From a bacterium (GTDB lineage: Bacteria; SZUA-182; DTGQ01; JAFGSM01), in assembly GCA_049472335.1 (NCBI GenBank), contig JBLIRO010000009.1, positions 17,920-81,919 of the forward strand: DNA of 64,000 nucleotides. The letters are read 5' to 3'. The translations under genes were made by a program, and so were the position numbers. The notes under the pieces are model-generated. The model was not told where the DNA came from. It worked only from the letters and a program-made list of their open reading frames with translations, and did not search any database. Positions 10,630-19,100 of the stretch are shown here, one piece after another. The first letter of the stretch is position 1; each line of letters begins with the position of its first letter.

Positions 10630-13101
10630 TCAGTTATCTTCACAGCCTTTCGAATTTAAATAAATAGATGAATCCTGGTAAATAATCGTTTTCAATCTGG
10701 ACATTCCCATTTGGCTGGACCCGTTATGGCAGGAACTTGTATTGCAAGTTGATTCCGGTCTTAATTCATAAGTTATCCCTGTGTCCCCAAGTGGAGGCTT
10801 GTGAATGTGAGTGGGATGACATAATTGAGTATTGCAGGATCCATTATTCATGTTCCAATTAATCCCCTCCTTCAATAAGCCAGGGAACTGGCTTCCATGA
10901 GAGGTATGGCAGACATAACAATTCTGGTGAGTGAAGTGCCCGTGAAAATTGTTTGCTATTACGGATAAGCTAAGATAATCCGGATTCTCATAGTTATGAC
11001 ATGCAAGACATATAGCCGTTTCATTTGGTTGATTATTCTGTTGATTTTGATCCTGTGGATTATTCGTATTATTATTTGTTGAAGGATTTTGTTCATTCTT
11101 TCCTGGTGTATTGTTCATACCGGGTGGCATATTATTCATTCCCGGCATGTTATTCATGCCCGGCATGTTATTCATGCCCGGCATGTTATTCATTCCTGGC
11201 ATATTATTCATTCCTGGCATATTATTCATTCCTGGCATATTATTCATTCCTGGCATATTATTCATTCCCGGCATGTTATTCATTCCTGGCATGTTATTCA
11301 TTCCCGGCATGTTATTCATTCCTGGCATGTTATTCATTCCTGGCATGTTATTCATTCCCGGCATGTTATTCATTCCCGGCATGTTGTACATTCCCGGCAT
11401 GTTGTACATGCCCGGCATGTTGTACATGCCCGGCATATTGTTCATGCCCGGCATAATGTTCATGCCCGGCATAATGTTCATCCCCGGCATAATGTTCATC
11501 CCCGGCATAATGTTCATCCCCGGCATGATTTGCATCCCCATCATAGGACTGGGCATACCTATCATAAGTCCAGGCATACCCATCATTGGGCTGGTCATCG
11601 GCATCATAGGCCCTGGCATAGCGAGCATGGGACCAGGCATGAGCACCATTGAGCCTGGCATGCCCATCACAGGAGTCGGCATCCCCATCATCGGGCCTTG
11701 TAAACCAAGCATCAATTCCATACCCATTAAAGGCGAGAGACTCGGGCCCATGACCATGTTGGCTGGTCCGGAGGACCTGACCACGTTCATGATACCGTTC
11801 CCTCCACCAGGCATAACCAGGATTGTGGCTCCTATTCCGGGACCCATACCACCCCCGCCTCCCATTATTGGTGAAGGAGCAGCTACAACTGGTGTCAGCC
11901 CAGGCGCTACAATTCCGCCGCCCCCCATTACTGGAGCGAGAGCCGGCATCAAGGCCGTACCTCCTCCCATTAGAGGGGCCATCGAAGCAATAGGTGTAGC
12001 TACGCCCATTAACGGTGCGGCCATACCGACAATTGGAGAAGCAGCTAATACTGGGGCTGCCATACCGGCTACCAGTGGTGAACCTCCCATGAGAGGACCA
12101 ACTCCTGCCGATATAGGGGCTATAGTTGAGATCACACCGGGCATACCGCCTCCTCCTCCCATTATTCCCCCTGATATATCGGTCTTAAAGCGTACTGTTG
12201 AAGATTGTGAATCCCCCGCAGATTCTCTCATCAACATATGATTTTGGTTTGAAGAATCCATATAAAACATTGAATTGGGCCCGCTCTGGTTCATTATTTG
12301 TGCAGCATCAAAACCCTTATCAGCCATGTGGTTATGAGGGTACCAGAATCTGACATTTTCAACAGTTTGGGTTCTCTTTAATATTAGTTCATAATGGATA
12401 CTGGGTATGGGCCCTTTGGTGCTGAAGGGGGTCGTACCGAAAAGCGAATTGCCGGTATCATGACAGCTCAAACAGAATTGATTATACTGCTCCACGGAAT
12501 AAAAAGTTCCGCCCTGATGGTTTTTGAGCTCAACTTGTTTGTTGCGGTGATATTCAGGGGTTTCCTCCATATGGCAAACAATGCAATCATGGTCCATAGG
12601 AGGGCCTCCTATATGATTTATGATCATCTGGGAGTCAAAGCCTATGGCAGGGGGCGCATCGGAATTCATTCCCTGTTGATTATTAAGATGACAATTGATA
12701 CATTGTCCCTCCTCACCCGCTTCGTATGTGCCCTCTATTTTGCCATTTATATGATAATCCGTGGTATATCCGTTGTTAATAGTCTGGGTATGACACCTTT
12801 GGCCACAATTGTTCCTGCTAGCATTTCTGTGAGTGTTATTATTAGGAGGAAAACCGTGACATGCCTCACACTCCAAATGTGAAGATCTATCTTCCCATTT
12901 TATAGGTCGGTATTCACCCTTACCATTGCTGTGGCAATAATAACTTAGGCATGTCTTTGCGGGAGGATTATAGACGGAATGATCGGAATTGACTTTTCTG
13001 GCATAAGAATCTCCACGGATAATGACAATAGATGCCATCATTGATAAGGACAGGATGATCAGCCACAATAGGCTTCTTTTTACCTTTCCATAACCTTTCA
13101 T
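10630..13101 (-). CDS. Secreted multiheme c-type cytochrome (~10 hemes) with central Met/Gly/Pro-rich linker
   Basis: Signal peptide ending ..DSYA; 6 CxxCH, 1 CX3CH and 3 CX4CH motifs; Geobacter-type CxxxxCH...CxxCH module at the N-terminus; PGMxxM repeats. Confidence 0.88.
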   Translation of the reverse strand: MKGYGKVKRSLLWLIILSLSMMASIVIIRGDSYARKVNSDHSVYNPPAKTCLSYYCHSNGKGEYRPIKWEDRSSHLECEACHGFPPNNNTHRNASRNNCGQRCHTQTINNGYTTDYHINGKIEGTYEAGEEGQCINCHLNNQQGMNSDAPPAIGFDSQMIINHIGGPPMDHDCIVCHMEETPEYHRNKQVELKNHQGGTFYSVEQYNQFCLSCHDTGNSLFGTTPFSTKGPIPSIHYELILKRTQTVENVRFWYPHNHMADKGFDAAQIMNQSGPNSMFYMDSSNQNHMLMRESAGDSQSSTVRFKTDISGGIMGGGGGMPGVISTIAPISAGVGPLMGGSPLVAGMAAPVLAASPIVGMAAPLMGVATPIASMAPLMGGGTALMPALAPVMGGGGIVAPGLTPVVAAPSPIMGGGGGMGPGIGATILVMPGGGNGIMNVVRSSGPANMVMGPSLSPLMGMELMLGLQGPMMGMPTPVMGMPGSMVLMPGPMLAMPGPMMPMTSPMMGMPGLMIGMPSPMMGMQIMPGMNIMPGMNIMPGMNIMPGMNIMPGMNNMPGMYNMPGMYNMPGMYNMPGMNNMPGMNNMPGMNNMPGMNNMPGMNNMPGMNNMPGMNNMPGMNNMPGMNNMPGMNNMPGMNNMPGMNNMPGMNNMPGMNNMPPGMNNTPGKNEQNPSTNNNTNNPQDQNQQNNQPNETAICLACHNYENPDYLSLSVIANNFHGHFTHQNCYVCHTSHGSQFPGLLKEGINWNMNNGSCNTQLCHPTHIHKPPLGDTGITYELRPESTCNTSSCHNGSSQMGMSRLKTIIYQDSSIYLNSKGCEDN
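11129..11524. repeat. 18-bp coding tandem repeat, 22 in-phase copies (PGMNNM/PGMYNM/PGMNIM)
   Basis: Unit approximately ATGTTATTCATTCCCGGC; 14+3+1+4 variant blocks; a 21-bp period (xPMMGMP) continues to about 11700. Confidence 0.95.
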
Positions 13102-13138
13102 TTTTTTCTGTAACCAAAATATAAATATCTATTAAATA

Positions 13139-16100
13139 TTATATCACAGGTATACCTCCACCGAGGCCTCCGCCTCCACCTCCACCGAGGCCTCCGCCAC
13201 CGCCGCCGAGGCCTCCGCCTCCACCTACTTCCACAGCTCCGTTTATATGGAACGTATTGTCCGGGACTGTCCCCAAAATTGGTGTTGGATGGCACGCTGC
13301 ACAATTTTGTATGCCGAGGCCACCGCCACCTCCGGCGCCACCGGGATGACCTGGGGGCGGAGGAGGATAACCATGACACTGGTAAATTGGAGATGCAGTA
13401 GTTCCAAGGACTGCATTGCCACAAGAGATAATCCCCGTCGTCTGATTCCAGAAAGGAGGCGCACCCAGAAAATAGATGTAGGTCCCAGGTACATCAAGGG
13501 GATCTTCGTCGCCATCGCTATGGCAATAGAGGTTACAAGAACCTGTACCGGGTGTTGCGCCCGGAGTGTATGAGTCTATAAGCCCTATCATGGGAAGAGC
13601 GGCATCGAACTGAACGGGCGCCGTAACACCCGTGCCTGGAATGCATATCACATGATCCGCCAGATTTGTGGTGGCGGAGTGACAGGCCTGACAGTCAATG
13701 ACATTGCCTGTGCTCGTAGCATATACGGGGGCCATAACAGGGGTCGTGAGATGTTTCGAATGAGCCCCTGTTGTTCCTAGTGAATTACCATGACAGGCGC
13801 ATGAAGCTATTGCCGCGGGTGTTCCATATACTGTATAGATATGGTTGGGTTGCCCATTAAAAAGTGTATGGCATGGCAGACAATCGTAGATCTGCGGACT
13901 GCAGCCATTTACCAGGTCCAGGCAGTGATCCTGGGTGTCGCTTATCCCCACACAAACACATTGCGGGGGATAGGCGTGGCAACAGGTGCATCCCTTATCA
14001 TTTACTGTTCCGGTGTAATTATAATAAAGCGGGTCCATTGGATGACTCGTGGACACACCGGTTATATCGTGCTCGATCGGATCACATTCTGCCGAATGAC
14101 ATGTTGAACAGTCGCATGGTGTATTAAAGTGATAAGGAACGTTAATGTGACAGCACCGGCATTTCTGGTCAGCGCAGTAATCCAGTTGCAGGCACGCGTG
14201 AGGACTTGTCCCTGAATGGCACATTGTACAAGTTTCAGGACAGTTGGCATGGCTGGCCTGTGCATCGGCATGGCAAAGACCGCACGATGCCCATGTAAGA
14301 GGCATATTTGAAACGTCGGTTGTTGTATCCAGATGGTTCCCGACAGTGCATTCTCCTACATGGCACATGGCACAGTCGACATAGGCGGTTGCGGCATGTG
14401 TTCCCGTTCCGCAGCCATAATCCGAATTTATGGGAAAAGTTGCCTGATCATGACAGCACTTGCATTTTGTCTCAGCACAGTAGTCCAGTTCCAGGCAGGA
14501 ATGATTACTCGTTCCTGTGTGGCAAAGGGTACATGGCTCCGGACAATTTACATGGATTGTCTGGGCATCCACATGACACAGACCGCAGGCAGGCCATGTA
14601 AGAGGCATATTGGAAACATCCGTCATTGTATCCATATGACTCAAAGGAGCACACTCCCCTATGTGGCACATAGTGCAGTCCACATAGGCGGCGGTTAGGT
14701 GAGGTCCGGATCCACAACCATAATCCGAATTTATAAAAATTGTGTCCAGATGGCAGCATTTGCATTTTATCTCAGCACAATAGTCCAGTTGAGCACATGA
14801 ATGATTGCCCGTTCCACTATGGCAAAGCGTACATGGCTCCGGACAATTCACATGACTGGCCTGTGCATCCGCATGGCATAACCCGCAGGTAGGCCAGTCA
14901 AGCAGCATATTGGATACATCCGTTAAGCCATCTATATGATTGTTTACATTACATTCCTGAATATGACACATGGTGCAATCAATATATGCCTGAGCTGAAT
15001 GAGGTCCGGTCCCGCAACCATAATCGGAATTTATGGGAAACACGGGGTCGGCATGGCAGCATTTGCACTTAGGCTCTGCACAGTAATTTAGATCCAGGCA
15101 GGCATGGTTTCCGGTCCCGGAATGACATGCTGTACAGGGTTGGTTGCATTTCTGGTGTATGGCCTGGGCATCCATATGGCACAGGCCACAGGTCTGCCAG
15201 TCAAGCGGCATATTGGAAACATCCGTAATCTTATCCATATGGTTCAGCGCGTTACATTCATTGGAATGGCACAATGAACAGTTTACATATGCCCCGGCTG
15301 CGTGCTGTCCCACCCCGCATCCATAATCAGAATTAATAGGAAAGGTGGGTGAGGCATGACAGCATTTACATTTATTCTCAGCGCAGTAATCCAGGTTCAG
15401 ACAGGCATGATTACTTGTCCCGCTATGGCATAATGTACATGGTGCATTGCAGGGGGCGTGATATGCCTGTGCCTCTGAATGGCAGAGCCCGCAATCCCTC
15501 CATTCCAGCCTCATTCCGCTGAGATCGGTTGGCATTCCTCTTCTATCTGCCGGTCCAAGCGTATGATTCATAGGGTTGCACTCTCCGGCGTGGCAGCGGT
15601 TGCATTCCCGGTATGCGGGGGGATCATGAAGCCCTATGCCGCATCCGTAGTCGGATACAATTTCAAAAGCTGGCTGATTATGACATAGTTTACATTGAGG
15701 CTCGGAACAATAAGTGAAAGAGCAATGGACGGGATGACAGAGCACGCAGGCTTCTGTGCCCGGGCCGTGTGTAGCTATAACACTGGCATGACAGCCAAGG
15801 CAGGTCCCATCCCTGACATATGTTGGAGCATTCATATGGTCTGCAGGATTGCATTCACCCCCTGTAGGCGACCCTGCCACATGGCAATTTACGCAGTCGC
15901 CTGTATGAGGCGTTAAACCCGGTCTCCCGCAAACATTCTTGAGCAATGGGACATCCGTATGACACCAGACACATGCCTGGTTTTCACAATAAGTGGAGAT
16001 ACAGTGTGTGGGATGACATGAGTAACAGTTTACCGCGGGCCATACCCCGCCTCCCCACGGAAGACCGGACCCTCCATGGGGAACTGCACGAAGCGGATAG

Positions 16101-19100
16101 TTCGTTAGGATGTCCAGAGGGCCGGGAACAGTATGACATCCCAAACATGTCAAGGGATTCACATATGTCATGGGATTGTCTATATGATTTATGGGATTTG
16201 CTTCGCCTCCTGTAATGGGCTCGACATGACAGCCTATGCAGTTGGTGATCTGTATCAGATTGAATACACTGCTATCAAACGTAAGATGGGAGGTTATGCC
16301 TATTCCCATCTTGCATATATCCACAATGGGCGGATTTGTGGTATGACACCAGATACACGCATCATTTCTGGCGTATTCGGTCACGCAGTGCATGGGATGG
16401 CAGGTGTAACAACCCCGGGGATCTGTGGCCCCGTGCCTTATTATTGAAAGACTATGACAACCAAGACAGGCCCCTTCCTTAACAAAAGTCCGAGGATTAT
16501 CTATATGTTCTAGAGGATTTGCCTCGCCTCCCCCTAAAGGCTCCACATGGCAGGAGAGACAATCCTGGATCGCGGCATGGTTGACACCCATGCTGTCGAA
16601 TGCATAATGCGATGTGATGCTCCCCGGGCCGCAGATATCGCATATGGCAGGATTGGGACTGTGACAGGCAATACACTTGGCAGGTGTGTTTCCATAATTC
16701 ATATCACAATGATTTCCGTGGCACTGTGAACAGTCACTGGCTGGTCCCAGAGTTGCATGGATGGAAAAAGGTCCTGCAGCGCATAGCGCCACAGGAAGGT
16801 CACTATGGCATATGCCGCAGCTATTTGGTCCTTCCCATGCCTGTATAACATTCACCGGTCCAGCATTCTTATAATGGGCTGCTTTGTTATATACACCCGG
16901 ATGGCAGGTCTGGCAATTAGTAGCCTGTGGCGGGTGTGCCCCGTTTACCGATATTCCGTTGCACAAGACGTTTATGGCCGGAGGATCACCATGGCAGTAT
17001 CCGCATTTGCGAGGATCGTCCAGATAACCACGTAAGGAATCAGCGTCTCTATGATCCGGATGACATTCAAGGCAAGACACACCAGGTGGAAGCCCTGAAT
17101 GGAGTAGCTGTCCACCGGGAAGAGAAACGTCCCCGTTGACATGACACCCGCCGCATGTGTTGTCACCTGTCCAGCCTGGTAAAATATTCATATCGCAGTG
17201 GGCTCCATGACAGACACTACATGCTGATGTGATCGAGGCGTGCAGTTTTTTAGATGGATCAAAGGGATTCTGAGGGTCCTGGTGACAGACGCCACAATGA
17301 TTGCCTGCGGGATCGTTTGGCTTGACATCGCTCCATGCCTCTTCCATACCTTCCAGATTTGTAGGCATGTTATAATGCCCTGTTTTTATCTTATAAATAT
17401 TATCTTCTATAGTATATATTTTATGGCAATTCAGACAGTTTGCCCTTGTGTCATGGTTACCTGAACGGCCGCAGGAGACATTAATGCTCTTAAGATCATT
17501 GGAGTTGTGGCATTTTATACATTTCCCCTCGATCTCAGCCTGGGTGGTCCCTTCGGTAAATGCCATCTCCTCTGTTTCATGGGCTTTGAAGTGACAGTAT
17601 TCACAATCGTCTAATCCAGTATACCTATCATGAAGAAAATTTTGTCCCACCTTAATATCATCTTGCGGAATATGGCATTCTTTACAATCGGAGATATCAT
17701 CAATCTCTAAAGTACAATGTTCTCCATGACATTCAGAGCAGGAAGTGGAAGGGGAAATCTTATCATGGAGGACCTTAGCGTTTCTAAATGAGGTCTTTTC
17801 ACTGGTATCTGAGAGGTATTCTTCATGGTGGCAGGCACCGCAACCAGAAGTTACATCATTCCACTTTTCTTCTATTGAGAGTGGAAGTGTACCCTGGTAA
17901 TTATAGTGATGGATAGTATTGGGATCGCATACGGCGCTATGGCAGGATGTGCACTCGGCATCCGCGCTGTGTAACCACTTTTTGTCTGAATCACATCCGA
18001 AATCGGGTTCAGGATCATTTAATGTTTCCAGGTGACACCATATACATTGTAAATCAATATCAGGGTCAGTCATATTTGGATCGCAAAGTTTCATTTCTTT
18101 ATGTTCAATGCTATGGCAATATAGACAGCTATCACGAGGAAAATCATATTCAATAGGTTCATTAACAAGTACGTTTGGGTCAACAGAGACGTTTGGGTCA
18201 TGAAACATCAGGTCCGGGCTATCCGGCTTGTGGCAATAGCCACACCCAACCGGTTCGAATGTAAAGATAATCTTGCCTATATCGACTTTTCCGTTTACAT
18301 GTCTGTAGAATTCGGGATTACTCATATATATCCCGTTTATTTTTTCCATATATAAACCATTATGGGGATGGCAGTCACTGCATTTGATATCAGGGTCCGT
18401 CTGGGAAGAACCTATTATATGATCCGTTATATTGTAAAGATTATTGGGATCCTCTGGATTCGGAACATCGGGAGGATTCATATGGCATTCATTACAATAT
18501 TTAAAGCGCCCGTAAGAATCCAGACAGTTTGGATCATTCGTATCCCGGATAAATTTGTCCACTGCTGACCAGGAAATCGGATCCGCATAACCCCCTTTCG
18601 CATTGCTATGGCAATAAAGATTGGAACATGTCCTGGTATCCTTTTCATATGTTCCATTGGGATTCATAAACAGGTTATTGGGATTCATTAACTGGTCATA
18701 GGGTTTCATATACTGGTCAAGACTTACCGGGGTATAGTTGTCCAAAACGAATTCATATTCAACATTTGGATCGTATAATGGACCGTTAGGATCGATATGG
18801 CAAGCAATACAGGGGAAGTTATACCGCGTGTGGGCCATATGTGCATCCTCTTCCTCAGTTAGACTTGAATCCAGAACTGGGAAGGGTGGGGGAGGTGTGC
18901 CGTGCCCTTTGCCGAAAAGGGTTTCACTCAGGCTGTTATCCGGCTGATTTCCATCCACGGTAAATGTGGCTATATCTATCCTGCCTATCCCGTGACACCT
19001 GCAGGTGGGCGCAAACGCCCTTGAATTGAAAACCGATCTGGAATCGCTTGTTTCATAATCATAATCGGGATCATCGGGATGAGGAACGGGCCCGGGGTCA

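Noticed and set aside
11129..11524. Possible CRISPR array
   Set aside because: Head-to-tail units with no unique spacers, in frame within a CDS; no cas genes in the window.
11025..12241. Plus-strand ORFs with MLFIPG, HVIHSR and ACYSF repeats
   Set aside because: Antisense shadows of the 18-bp repeat inside the minus-strand cytochrome, which has the signal peptide and heme motifs.
13098..13424. Arg/Trp-rich 108-aa ORF
   Set aside because: Alternate-frame reading of the poly-Gly codons at the 3' end of the giant cytochrome.
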